DNA of 64,000 nt. Source: Octopus vulgaris (lineage: Eukaryota). Position 1 is the stretch's first letter. Each line of letters starts with the position of its first letter. A program made the translations under genes and the position numbers. The stretch is taken from the NCBI GenBank assembly GCA_951406725.2, contig OX597819.1, forward strand, positions 13,888,001 to 13,952,000. The letters run 5' to 3'. Below, in pieces: positions 1-12,705 of this stretch. The notes beneath the pieces were generated by a model. That model was not told the origin of the DNA. It saw only the letters and a program-made list of their open reading frames with translations, and did no database searches.

Positions 1-1363
1 TTCAAAATTAATTGAAAAACAGGGTACCTCAACAGAAATACCATAACTAAAAGGTTAAGAAGAGAACTCAAAACAAAAAATGTAGTCTAATTAATATCTT
101 TATAAAACAGCTGGATTGTCTTTTAGTTATACTTACACACACACACACACACACACACATATACCAATATAAACACATTACCTCTCTATCTCTCTCTCTC
201 TTGCACACACACACACACATGCATGATATATGGGTCACTGTTGATGCTGTTAGCTAGTACTCATATTCTATTGGTCAAATAGAACATTTGGGATTAAATT
301 TGATTGGTTAAGAACATTTAACACGTTGTACAAACTTCTTGGAGGCCTCTCCACAAGTGATCTCCCGTCCACTGTTGTATTATGAGGTCAAACAAAATAG
401 AAAAAGATTGATTATGGACTTTACACGTCCAACTTAAGCAGCTACTGTTTGTTAGAACTTTCTAGATAACTGTTGTTGTTTGTTTTAATCTGGATTGGCT
501 TATTGATTTATATTGATTTATATATATATTTTTCTTTTCCCATTTCTCCTAGCTGATCATTATTATCATTATTATTATCATTATTATTATTATTATTATT
601 ATAATAATAATAATACTTTTATTGCATCTTGCCGTCTTTTCTATTTTTCAGTTCATCCTTTATGTAAATCCCGATATACAAATTGTTCTCTGTTCTTGTT
701 GTCCCCCTCATCTGTGCCCCCATGCCTAATAAAAGAAATTATTATTATTATTATTATTATTATTTATTATTATTACTACTACTGTTGTTGTTGTCATTGT
801 TATTTAGTTCAAATTTATATCTTATTTTATTGATTTTTGTTATTGATTAATTTTGACGTAATATCCTTAACATATTTTCTCTCCTTCCCCCCCCCCCCAG
901 TCGGATCAGTAATGCAGGGCAGGAGGAGGTTTTTAATTATTTATTTATTTAATTTTTTCTGATGGTGGTGGTGGTGGGGGTGGGGGATGAAATGGCAACA
1001 ACAACAACATGTTAAAAATCAATCGATAAAACAGAAAGTAACAGTATGATTAGGATATCAGTCTTGACCTTAAAATAGCAACCTAAGCAGCAACAACAAC
1101 AACAACAACAGCTGCAGTGTAAGCAATAGCCCTAGGGATACAGGTAACAGCATTAGTAATGCCAGCAGTGATGAAGGTGGTGGTGGTGGCAGTGGTAGCA
1201 GCAGTAGAAAGGAAAAGAAAGGCGCCATTCTAATGAGTAAAGTTCTGTATAGTTACCCGACCTTTGAAAAACAGTAGTTATATCTCACTCAAATCGCACT
1301 CTGTTATGGCGGGGTGGGGGGAATAAACCAGCATTGCATATTAGATAATGCGGTCCTAGATGT

Positions 1364-1950
1364 ACTATCATTATCATCATCATTATCGTTTAACATCTGT
1401 TTTCTATGCTGGCATGGGTTAGATGGTTTGACTGAGGTCTGGAGAGCCAGTGGCTGCACCAGGCTCCAATCCGATCTGGTAATGTTTCTACAGCTGTATG
1501 CCCTTCCTAACGCCAACCACTCCAACAGTGTAGTGGGTGCTTTTTACATGCCACCAGCACAAGAGCCAAGTCAGGCTGGCCTGGCATCGATCATGTTCGG
1601 ATAGTGCTTTTAATGTGCCACTGGCATGGGGGCCAGTCAGGGCGTACTGGCAAATGCTACGCTCGGACAGTGTTTTTTATGTGCCACCGGCACAAGAGCC
1701 AGTCAGTGGGTACTGGCATTGGCCAATTTCGGATGGTGGTTTTAATGTGCCACTGGCATGGGGGACAGTCAGGGGGTACTGGCAAATGCTACGTTCGGAC
1801 AGTGTTTTTTATGTGCCACCGGCACAAGAGCCAGTCAGTGGGTACTGGCATTGGCCACGTTCGGATGGTGGTTTTTTATGTGCCACCGGCATGGGAACCA
1901 GTCAGGGGGAACTAACCACAGCTTCGATATTAGTTTTAGCTGTGGTCAGT
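1364..1950 (-). mobile_element. RTE-LINE 3' UTR fragment with 65/67-bp VNTR and (GAT)n tail
   Basis: Reverse complement of the 9050-9503 end of the RTE element; contains alternating tandem units (132-bp dimer). Confidence 0.8.
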
Positions 1951-2164
1951 TAAAAAAAAAAACATAGTTGGGATAGTCACAGCTTGATTGTCTGTGATCA
2001 CAGATCTGTTCGAGTGTAGTTGACCTGGGGTTAAACACCACCTACATAATGATTTTTGGCAGTGGTAAGGGGCTGTAAATTTTAGGGGCTGGCATGTTGT
2101 GGGGTTAGTCAGTTATATCCACTTCAGTATGTATCACCACCATGTATGTATGTATATATGTTTG

Positions 2165-2540
2165 TTCTTTTATTCTTTTACTTGTTTGTTACTTGACTGC
2201 AGCCATGCTGGAGCACCACCATGAAGGGTTCTAGTCGAAGGAATCAACCACAGTACTTATTCTTTGTGAGCCTAGTACTTATTCTATCAGTCTCTTTTGA
2301 TGAACTGCTAAGTTACAGGGACATAAACACATCAGCATTGGTTACCAAGTGATGGCAGAGGGGCAAGCACAAACACACACATATATATGTATGATGGGCT
2401 TCTTTCAGTTTCCGTCTACCAAATCCACTCACAAGGCTTTGGTCAACATGAGGCTATAGTAGAAGACATTTGCCCAAGGTGCCATGCAGTGGGACTGAAC
2501 CTAGAACTATGTGGTTGTGAAGCAAGCTTCTTACCACACA

Positions 2541-2545
<5 letters not shown>
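2165..2545 (-). mobile_element. tRNA-headed SINE family B
   Basis: Reverse complement of 2578-2992. Confidence 0.85.
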
Positions 2546-2577
<32 letters not shown>

Positions 2578-2578
<1 letters not shown>

Positions 2579-2992
2579 GGCGCAGGAGTGGCTGTGTGGT
2601 AAGTAGCTTGTTTATCAACCACATGGTCCCGGGTTCAGTCCCACTGCGTGGCACCTTGGGCAAGTGTCTTCTACTATAGCCTCGGCCCGACCAAAGCCTT
2701 GTGAGTGGATTTGGTAGACGGAAATTGAAAGAAGCCCGTCGTATATATGTATATATATGCGTGTGTATGTTTGTGTGTCTGTGTTTGTCCCCCTAGCATT
2801 GCATGACAACCGATGCTGGTGTGTTTATGTCCTCGTTACCTAGCGGTTCGGCAAAAGAGACCGATAGAATAAGTACTGGGCTTACAAAAGAATAAGTCCC
2901 GGGGTCAAGTTGCTCGATTAAAGGCGGTGCTCCAGCATGGCCACAGTCAAATGACTGAAACAAGTAAAATAGTATATAAAAGAGTAAAAGAG
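2578..2992 (+). mobile_element. tRNA-headed SINE family B (full length)
   Basis: A-box-like TGGCTGTGTGG, B-box-like GGTTCAGTCCC, internal (TA)/(GT) tract, tail ...CAGTCAAATGACTGAAACAAGTAAAA; more than 15 copies in the window. Confidence 0.9.
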
Positions 2993-3029
<37 letters not shown>

Positions 3030-3034
3030 GGGGG

Positions 3035-3400
3035 TAGGGTGGGAATGTGTAGTAAAAAGTTTGTTTTCCCACCGCATGGTTCCAGGCTCAGACCCACTGC
3101 AAGGCACATTGGGCAAGAGTCTGCTTCTATAGCCTTGGATCAACCAAAGCCTCATAAGTGGGTTGGGTAGATGGAAACTGAAAGAAGCCCATAATATATA
3201 TGCATGTGTGGCTTTGTTTCTGTGTATGTCCCCCTCCACTGCTTGATAACTTGTTTTGGTTCATTTGTATCTCTGTAACTTAGAGGTTTGGCAAAGGAAA
3301 CTGATAGAATTAGTTCCAGGTTTAAAAAAACGAAGTACTGAGGTTGATTCATTTGACTGAAATTTCTTCAAAGTAGTGCCCCAGCATGGCTGCAGTCACC
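3035..3400 (+). mobile_element. SINE family B, diverged
   Basis: Colinear similarity to 2578-2992. Confidence 0.75.
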
Positions 3401-3404
3401 ATAA

Positions 3405-3745
3405 TAGAGGAGACCTCCTTTGGTCATGAATGACCATGGTATTGCACCTAGAAAGTTACCCTCCGAGGCACAAGTCCAGGCAAGGTTGTTTGTAGAAGGC
3501 CAACAGTCGCCCATGCATACCGGCCTCCCCTCTCCACACCACTGATGTTATCCAAGGGAAAGGCAAAGGGGCCGATACAGCTTGGCACCAGTGATGTCGC
3601 AACTCATTTCTAAAGCTGAATGAACTGGAGCAATGTGAAATAAAGTGTCTTGCTCAAGAACACAACACGCAGCCCGGTCTGGGAATCGAACTCACAACCT
3701 CATGATTGTAAGCTTGACGCTCTAACCACTGAGCCATCTGCCTTC
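3405..3745 (-). mobile_element. tRNA-headed SINE family E
   Basis: Minus strand TGGCTCAGTGG...GAGTTCGATTCCC followed by GTGTTCTTGAGCAAGACACTT core, shared with 28021 and 59764. Confidence 0.75.
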
Positions 3746-3879
3746 ATATTCACCATAATAGATAGATATTATTATTATATAAAAAAACAGCAGTCTCCTC
3801 AGTTTTGCTTTTGGCAGTTCACAACACACACCCTTGTGCTTGCGCACCCTTGTGCCTGCATGCATACGCATGCATATAT

Positions 3880-4460
3880 TTACAAGTTGGTATCAGAAAG
3901 TTCCTAAAACAAGTACACCATTGGAGCCTCATGCCAGTAAACAAAGCATTTCATCTATTATTTATAGTTGGGTGTAATCTTTTTGGAAATAGTCCTCTTG
4001 GGATCCTACTCAGCAAGCAATGTCTGTTCATGTTTTCTATGGGGCTTTTATGCCAAATGCCATTAATAATTCCAGTCATGTGAGAGAAACTGATGCATTG
4101 TTTAATAGTACTTTCTCATTGATCAATTCCTCAATGTTTTCTACGATTCTTGCTGGTATCTCGGCTTCTGATTGGTCGGCCTGAACACTCATCATCTTCA
4201 ACTGGCACTCAGCCAGCCTTAAAACATGTCTGGCTTTCAAAAATCTATATTCAATTGAAAGAATCTTTGCCCAAATCCTGATAAAAAAATATCAAGGGTT
4301 CTCAGTAGCTGATTTACCAAGCTTCATGCCAGATTGTTTCAGGCATGTTGCTCGAATTTGTGAACCATCATAAAAATCGCTGAACCAAATCTGACAAAAC
4401 CATGTCTTATAACAACTAGAATTGAAAGCATGAAACCTATTTGTAGATTTATTCAGCAGA
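3880..4460 (-). pseudogene. Decayed mariner transposase remnant
   Basis: Minus-strand translation FKAG*VPVEDDECSGRP...VENIEELINEK matches the mariner N-terminal HTH/SGRP region. Confidence 0.55.
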
Positions 4461-4599
4461 TTGGCAACTAATGGTGGCCACCTGTGCATGCACATCAATA
4501 GAACAGTAAAATCACAACATGTGCTGCTCAGAAACTTTGGTAACACATGTGTGTGTGTGTGTGTGTGTGTGTGCGCGTGTGTGTGCGCGTGTGTGTGTG

Positions 4600-4978
4600 T
4601 GCGCCCAGCTGTATGGTTAAGAGTCTTGTTTCCCATCCATGTAGTCTTGGGTTCAATCCCATTGTATGACGTCTTGGGCAAGTATTTTCTACTATAGCCT
4701 CAGGCCTACCAAAACCTTGTGAATTAATCTGCTAGATGGAAACTGAAAGAAGCCCACCATGTGTGTGTGTCTCTCTTTGTCTTGATGATTGTAAATGAGT
4801 GTTGTCTGCTTCTTGCCTTCCATGAAAAGCATGTCTGGCCATGGGGAAATATTACTTCGTTTGGAAACAGGTGAGAGTTGGTGACAGGAAAGGCATCTGG
4901 CTGTACTAAACTGCTGCAACAAATTCCATCTGATCCATGCAATCATAGAAAATTGGATATTAAAACAATAATGATGAT
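4600..4978 (+). mobile_element. SINE B-head variant with RTE-derived tail
   Basis: Family-B 5' half followed by GTTGGTGACAGGAAAGGCATCTGGCTGTA...CCATGC...ATGATGAT, similar to 9355-9503. Confidence 0.7.
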
Positions 4979-4979
4979 A

Positions 4980-5167
4980 TGTTCTTTTATTCTTTTATCG
5001 ACCATACTGGAGCACCATTTAAAAAGGTTTAGCTGATCAAATTGATAATGGTATTAATTTCAAGTCTACTAGTTATTCTGTATGTTTCCTTTCTAAATTA
5101 TAGGGATGTTAATAAACCAACACCTGTTATCATGCAGTGAGGAACCAACACAACCTCACAGGCACAG

Positions 5168-5215
<48 letters not shown>

Positions 5216-5350
5216 ACACACAATGATGTGGTCTCACATAGTTTTTGTCTACTAAATTTACTTGTAAAGCAAGAGGTCACTTGCTCTCGGTGCCCTATTG
5301 TGGGAGTGGACCCCAAAGCACATGGTTATAAAATGACCTTCTTAGCCATC
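4980..5350 (-). mobile_element. SINE family B, old diverged copy
   Basis: Degenerate colinear match to family B. Confidence 0.6.
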
Positions 5351-5473
5351 CAGTCAAGCCTATTTGTATGCACACTGCTATATTTGCACCCAATGGGTGT
5401 GTGTGTGTGTGTGTATAAGCATTTCAGTGTAAATCAGACAGTAGACAGGAAGTACTTTAAACCCAAAGAAAAG

Positions 5474-5860
5474 TCATCATCGTCATAGTCATTGTTTAAT
5501 GTCTGCTTTCCATGCTGGCATGAGTTGGACAGTTTGACTGAGGACTAGCAAGCCAGGAGGCTGCACCAGGCTCCAATCTGATTTGGCAAGGTTTCTACAG
5601 CTAGATGCCCTTCTTAATGCCAACCACTCTCAGAGTGTAACTGGTGCTTTTTACGTGCCATCGGCATGGGAGCCAGCCAGGCAGCACTGGTATCAGCCAT
5701 GCTTGAATTGTGCTTTTTACGTGCCACTGGCATGGGAGCCAGCCAGACAGCACTGGTATCAGCCATGCTTGAATTGTGCTTTTTACGTGCCACTGGCATG
5801 GGTGCCAGTCAGGCGGCACTGGCATCAGCCATGCAGTCAGGCAGTAACTGGCATCGGCTG
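5474..5860 (-). mobile_element. RTE 3' UTR fragment with 67-bp VNTR
   Basis: Same family as 1364-1950; about 3 units with period 67. Confidence 0.8.
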
Positions 5861-6549
5861 TAGAAATATCATTAAAATATATTTATTAAAGCTGAGACTT
5901 GAAATTTTGTGTTTGATTTTTCATGTGTCCAGTCATTAAACAAAATTTGAGTAATGAAACCGAAAACCATTTAGAAGAATAGATTACAGAAACAAAAAGG
6001 AGGCTTATGTAATGATAAAATCAAATAAATGTTAAATACAATAAAATGAAAAAAAAAAAAAACGGTACAGTTTGGTTATGCTAATTGCAGCTAGGCTTAA
6101 ACCATTTACAAAATGTCATTCCTGCTGAAATGCTACAAAATGAAAGAAAGTGAGAAATGGAGTAAGAAAGCAGTGAGAAAACAAATAATATAATGCACAG
6201 GAAATGAAATTACCTTCGAAACACATTCAGAAAATTCACTTGTTATTCATAAATTAAATCTAACGAGCATTCTACAATGCAACAAGAAAATAGAGATAGC
6301 TAAACAGAAAGAATGTCAAAGTCAAGAATGAAATGAAAAGGGAAGATAGTAGAATCTGTGAGAATGCTAGAAGCTTCTCATTGGAAATTTTAATAGCAGA
6401 TCTTTCTTTTGAAAATTATAGAGCAAATATTTTGGTTTATGCCAACAGTTGCGAAGAATTATCATTTCTTGAATTCAGATTGTTCTTGTCTTGTGATAAT
6501 GTTAAAAGCTGTTCAGTTGAGCAAAGATGACTTATTTCTGATGTTACCA

Positions 6550-6787
6550 TACCTATTTCTTTACTACTCACAAGGAGCTGAACATAGAGGGGACAAACAA
6601 GGACAGACAAACAGATTAAGTCGATTACATCGACCCCCAGTGCGTAACTGGTACTTAGTTTATCGACCCCGAAAGGATGAAAGGCAAAGTCGACCTCGGC
6701 GGAATTTGAACTCAGAACGTAACGGCAGACGAAATACGGCTACGCTTTTCGCCCAGCATACTAACGATTCTGCCAGCTCGCCGCCCT
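6550..6787 (-). mobile_element. tRNA-headed SINE family C
   Basis: Reverse complement of GGCGGCGAGCTGGCAGAA...GAGTTCAAATTCCGCCGAGGTCGACTTTGCCTTTCATCCTTTCGGGGTCGATAA...AAAGAAATAGG. Confidence 0.9.
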
Positions 6788-6995
6788 TGTTACCATACCA
6801 TTGATGATAACCTTAACCCAAGCCCAGTAATGAAATCCAATGGACAAAAACTGTGCTGAAGCCTGTCAGGTAGACATTTAATTCAAATGATTAATTTTTC
6901 CACACATTATTAATCATTTTGGTGATTCTATTAAGTGCTCAGTATCTACAGAATATACTAAGACACTTACTCAGTAATACAATAAGCAGGTAGAT

Positions 6996-7072
<77 letters not shown>

Positions 7073-7074
<2 letters not shown>

Positions 7075-7287
7075 ATTCCAAAGAATCTAGTGCTCTTAGC
7101 TTAGTTTTTCTTTGGGGCTGGCCAGCTTGAAGCAATCTCAAGTATAACCAGTCAAAATTGCAAAGATAATCTGGAATTCGACTGAGGAAAGAAAACTCTG
7201 AATGACCCGTCCTTGGTTTTTCTTGTTCCTTTCTTGTATCATCTAACTGTCTGGATGTTTTGTGTTCGTGTCCCATTCTTTGTATTC

Positions 7288-7290
<3 letters not shown>
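7073..7290. repeat. Microsatellite-embedded interspersed repeat family F
   Basis: Similar to 55785-55995; flanked by (GT)n and (TA)n. Confidence 0.65.
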
Positions 7291-7334
<44 letters not shown>

Positions 7335-7335
<1 letters not shown>

Positions 7336-9503
7336 GCTGAGGACCACTGACCAGATCTGTGGATGGTGCAAAGTCCTTTCTCGACCCAAAATAACGTGGT
7401 GGTGGAACAATATTGCTGACAGGGCTATTAGAAAAAAGAAACAGGCTTGGAAGAATGGTGGTGGCAGGGAATTGTATCAGACTGCCAGAAGGGAAGCTAG
7501 GTTTATTCAGCCAGAGGGGAAACAGATAAGAAAAAATTTGCCAATGTTCTGCACCGTGAGGACCAAAGACTTGAGGTATTTTGTGTTGCAAGACTGTGTG
7601 AGAGAGAATCATGATACCATAGGAGAGAAATGTGTCCACATGGATGATGGTTCACTTGCACTAAACGAGGCTGTGAAGAGAGCAGTTTGGAGACACCACT
7701 ATGAAAGGTTGCTCAATAAAGAAAATGAATGGGAGAAAGAGAGTCTGCCAACAGAGGGACCAGATATCTGAATTGACAGTACCTTGGTAGATAAAGCAAT
7801 TAAGAGTATGAAGATAGGGAAAGCCCCCGGCCCATCAGGAATCACTGCAGAGATGCTCAAAATATCTGGTGGTGTTGGCTATAGCCTAATCACGCGCATA
7901 GTTAACCAGGTGATACACAAAGGAGTCATACCCAATGACTGGTGTAGCAGCACCATAGTCAACTGCTACAAAGGTAAGGGTGACGCTTTAGATACAAATA
8001 ATTACAGAGGTATGAAGTTGCTGGATCAGGTAATGAAGGTCACGGAGAGGGTCATAGCCCAACTAATTAGGGAGAGAGTCAGTTTAGATGAGATGCAGTT
8101 TGGGTTCGTGCCAGGGAAAAGCACCATTGATGTTATATTTTTGGTAAGACAGCTGCAGGAGAAATACCTAGCTTTTGTTGACATGAAGAAAGCTTTTGAC
8201 AGGGTCCCCCAATCCCTTATCTGGTGGTCAATGAGGAAACTAGGGATAGATGAATGGTTAGTAAGAGCTGTGCAAGCCATATACAGGTATGCTATTTATC
8301 ATAGTCCTCCAGGCAGTAACAGAGGAATTCAAGACAGGATGCCCCTGGGAGATCCTCTATGCTGACGACATTTCTCTAATTGCTGAGTCACTATCAGAAC
8401 TAGGGTGTCAAAACAAGGATTAGAATCAAAGGGCCTTAGAGTCAAACTAGCTAAAACCAAAGTCCTAATAAGTAGGAAAGCAGGCAAACCACAAATCCCT
8501 TCAGGTAGATGGCCCTGCTCAATCTGTAGAAAAGGCATGGGTAGAAACTCTATAAGATGTACACAGTGTAAGCTATGGACACATAAGAGGTGCAGCAATA
8601 TCAAAGGAAGGCTAACTGGGAAGATAGTTTTTGTATGTGGCAGATGCTCAGGAGCAATAAACACTGAAAATGTGCAGAGAACAACTTTTGCCACATTCCA
8701 GGGAGAAAAACTAGAAATAGTTGATAGCTTCCATTACCTAGGTGACCAAGTCAGTAGCCGGGGAGGGTGCGCTGAAAGTGTAGCTGCTAGAATAAGAATA
8801 GCTTGGGCAAAGTTCAGAGAGCTCTTACCTCTGCTGGTGACAAAGGGCTTCTCACTCAGAGTAAAAGGTAGACTGTATGACGCATGTGTACAAGCAGCCA
8901 TGCTACATGGCAGTGAAACATGGACTGTGACTGCTGAGGACATGAGATATGTGGTGATAGAGAAGACCCAGCAACTAAAGTAAGATTGCAGCCACCCACA
9001 TCCAACCCTATTAAGAATACTCCTGATGCGTTGGGCAATATGATATGCTTGAGAAGACCTGTTGAGTCAAGTAAAACCAATATTGTAGCTGGGGCCGATG
9101 CCCCCTGACTGGCTCCCATGCCGATGGCACGTAATAAGCACCATCCAAATGTAGTCAATGCCAGGTCTGCCTGACTGGCTCCTGTGTCAGTGGCATGTAA
9201 AAAGCACCAACTGATCGTGACCGATGCCAGTACCCACTGACTGGCTCTTGTGCCAGTGACACTTAAGAACCACCATCCAAACATGATTGTTGCCAGGCCT
9301 GCCTTACTGGCTCCTGTACTGGTGGCACGTAAAAAGCACCCACTACACTCTGAGTGGTTGGCGTTAGGAAGGGCCTCTAGTTGTAGAAACTCTGCCAGAC
9401 CAGTTTGGAGCCTGGTGCAGCTGCTGGCTCTCCAGACCTCAGTCAAACTGTCCAACCCATGCCAGCATGGAAAATGGACATTAACTGATGATGATGATAA
9501 TGA
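7335..9503 (+). mobile_element. 5'-truncated, decayed RTE-clade LINE (RT, PHD-like Zn finger, VNTR 3' UTR, (GAT)n tail)
   Basis: KAPGPSGI, NYRGMKLL, QFGFVPGKST, AFVDMKKAFDRV, LYADD in a shifted frame, CSIC...CTQC...HKRC...CGRC, FHYLG, MLHGSETW; frameshifts and deletions. Confidence 0.9.
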
Positions 9504-9640
9504 TATATATATGTATTGATGGTGCATAGTGGTAAGGAGACCATACAGATCAATAAATTATAGTTAAAAAAAGTAAATGTATATTTTAGAGAATGTTTAA
9601 TAAAATATTACCAGTTTTGAGGTATCCATCTTATCATCTA

Positions 9641-10045
9641 CTAGCAGTATCGCCTGGCGTTGCTTGGGTTTGTAAGGGAAATAACTATATAGGCATTTTT
9701 AGAGATGTAAAGTATAATAGCCATCTCAATATGGCTAACCAGAAAGGGGGGGGGGGGGGCGTGTTACTGTAGCTTTTTACGTTCTGAGATTTAATAATAA
9801 ATTTTTAGAGAGTAACTTCCCTTATATATGCCAAAAATGCATTAAAAATAGGAAAAATTGATGGTAAATTGTTTTTAAAATCGTAGACTCATCGTAGACG
9901 CGTGCTAATACCCAGAAGGGCTCGATATGAATCATGACTATAAGATACCCAGTTTTGGTTAAACTGCACCGCAAAATGTGGGAGTAGTTAGGAATCTAAA
10001 TCATAGGAGACAGACAGCACACAACCTCTCTTTTATATATAAAGA
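9641..10045 (-). mobile_element. Non-autonomous Helitron
   Basis: Minus strand starts TC, ends CTAG with a GC-rich subterminal hairpin, inserted at A|T; homologs at 37859 and 54424. Confidence 0.8.
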
Positions 10046-10653
10046 TTAGAAATATTAGAAAGAAGTTTTTGGTGAGTCAGAGAGAAAAAAACCATTTTTG
10101 CAGAGTTTAACAGTTTGTACCCATATTTGAGTTCTTAACACACACACACACACGTAAGTGTTTGTGTATATGTGTGTGCATGTGTGTATACATGTGTGTA
10201 TATGTGTGTATGTGTGTGTGTATATATATGTGCGTGGGTGTATGTGTGAATATATGTGTGTGCGTGTGTACATGTGTGTATATATATATATATACAAACG
10301 CACACACGGTGTACCTTTCGTTCAAAGGGTCAGTTCTACTAATTCTACCTAAAGATTTCACTAAGAACAGAACTGTTTGGAATACTCAACCAGTTATGCC
10401 ATAATTCAATGTTTAGACATCTCTGTTGTTCAGGAACACCAAATGCTATAAACCTACTTAAGCGCCATTACTTTATATTTACTCTGTGACTCCGTACATG
10501 CGTGTGTGTGCGTGTGTGTGTTTGCTTAAAGGTAATTTAGTCTGTACGTAAAGTATGTTCCACATATTTGGTTGTTGGGACAGTGACATCATTGCATTTG
10601 CATTCGCATCATTCTATGACATTTTGTGAGGCTGACTACTTCATATGTTCTCC

Positions 10654-10675
10654 TCCTCTCTCTCTCTCTCTCTCT

Positions 10676-10708
<33 letters not shown>

Positions 10709-10713
10709 ACTTT

Positions 10714-10746
<33 letters not shown>

Positions 10747-11004
10747 TCTCTCTCTCTTTCTCTCTCTTTCTTTCTCTCTCTTTCTCTCTCTCTCTCTTTC
10801 TTTCTCTCTCTCTTTTTCTCTTTCTCTCTTTCTCTTTCTCTTTTTCTCTTTCTCTCTTTCTCTTTCTCTCTCTCTTTCTCTTTTTCTCTCTCTCTTTCTC
10901 TCTCTCCTCATCTCTCTTTTTTTCTCTCTCTCCTCCCCTCTCTCTCTCTCTTTTCCTCTCCCCCTCTCCCTCTCTTTTTCTCCCCCACCCTCTCTCCCTC
11001 TCTC
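10654..11004. repeat. (CT)n/(CTTT) polypyrimidine microsatellite
   Basis: Direct reading; about 350 bp. Confidence 0.95.
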
Positions 11005-11129
11005 AAACTCTGCCATGATGTTTATGAACTTATATTGGATTGAGAACTGGATAAACCAAAACAGAATACATTTCTATGTAAAAGCACCAATACCCGACCC
11101 TCTCTCATGTCATACACACTTCCCCCAGT

Positions 11130-11330
11130 TGCAGTCGTTTGACTGCGACCATGCTGGGGCATTGCCTTTGAAGAATGTTTAGTCAAAGGAATCAACCCCA
11201 GTACATTATTTTCTTCTGTACTTGAGCCTGGTTCTCATTCTGTTGGTCCCTTTTGCTGAACTGCTAAGTTACAGGGACATAAACACACCAACACCAGTGG
11301 CAGGGAACAAACACAATAACAAAGACATGC
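11130..11330 (-). mobile_element. SINE family B 3' half
   Basis: Matches the family B tail region. Confidence 0.7.
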
Positions 11331-11339
11331 ACACGGCAT

Positions 11340-12075
11340 GTTTAATGTCCGCTTTCTATGCTGGCATGGATTGGATGGTTTGACTGGGGACTGGCAAGCC
11401 AGGAGGCCGCACCAAGCTCCAATCTGATCTGGCCGTGTTTCTATAGTTGGATGTCTTTCCTAATGCCAACCACACCGAAAGTGTAATGGGTGCTTTTTAC
11501 GTTCCACCGGCATCAGCCACATTCAGATGGTGCTTTTTATGTGCTACTGGCACAGGAGCCGGTGGGGGTGGGGGCTGGCATTGACCACATTCGGATGGTA
11601 CTTTTTATGTGCTACTAGTATGGTGAGCCAGTCAGATAGCACTGGCAATGACCCACGCATGAATGGTGCTTTTTACATGCCACCAGCTCGGGAGCTAGTC
11701 CGGCGGTACTGGCAATGACCCACGCATGAATGGTGCTTTTTACATGCCACCAGCTCGGGAGCTAGTCCGGCGGTACTTGCAATGACCCACGCATGAATGG
11801 TGCTTTTTACATGCCACCAGCTCAGGAGCTAGTCCGGCGGTACTTGCAATGACCCACGCATGAATGGTGCTTTTTACATGCCACCAGCTCGGGAGCTAGT
11901 CAGGCGTTACTGGCAATGACCCACGCATGAATGGTGCTTTTTACATGCCACCAGCTCGGGAGCTAGTCAGGCGTTACTGGCAATGACCCACGCATGAATG
12001 GTGCTTTTTACATGCCACCAGCACGGGAGCCAGTCAGGCGGCACTGGCATCGGCCACAACTACAATTTCCGTTTG
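11340..12075 (-). mobile_element. RTE 3' UTR fragment with expanded 67-bp VNTR
   Basis: Six near-identical 67-bp units starting at 11641, 11708, 11775, 11842, 11909 and 11976. Confidence 0.85.
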
Positions 12076-12314
12076 ATTGCGATTTGATTTGACTTGATTT
12101 TGACTTTGATAAGCATATAAGTAAAGAGCAGTGAAGTTTTACTTGAAAAAAATGTTCTCTGTGAAGGTGAAGAGGCTCAATTAAGCCCATTGGATCAGGT
12201 CTTAAAATGCATCTGAACACATAGCTGGGTTTAGTTTGAGTTCCTGGTTTAAGGTAGCTAATGATATTTATTGTAAATATTGGAGCAAAAAATTTTGTTT
12301 TGTTACTGTCACAG

Positions 12315-12705
12315 CTGCAGGTATGGTTGGGCAGTTGAGATGCTTGCTTCCCAGTCGTACAGTTTCAAGTTCAATTTCATTACCTGACACCTTAGGCACA
12401 AGTGTCATCTACTACAGTTCCTGGTTGACGAAGATTTGTCAATGGATTTGGTAGACAGAAACTGAAAGAAGCCTCTCGTATGTATATGTGTGTGTGTGCA
12501 TGTGTGTGATGGTTGTAAATGTCATACAAGGAATGTCGTTCATTTCCAATTTTCTATGAAAAACATGTCTGGCCGTGGGGAAATATTACTTCGCTTGGAA
12601 ACAAGCAATGGTTGGTGATAGGAAGGGCAACAGGCTGTAGAAAGTTTGCCTTTCCACTGACCCATCCAATTGTGGAAAAGTGGACGTTACGTAATGAATG
12701 AATGA
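12315..12705 (+). mobile_element. SINE B-head variant with RTE-derived tail
   Basis: Colinear with 4600-4978. Confidence 0.7.

Noticed and set aside
265-320. Two ATTGG (CCAAT) boxes 33 bp apart as a promoter
   Set aside because: Explained by a short local duplication; no transcript evidence.
1074-1277. Ser/Asn/Gly-rich reading frame resembling an exon
   Set aside because: Bounded by stops, weak splice signals, and explained by decayed triplet repeats.
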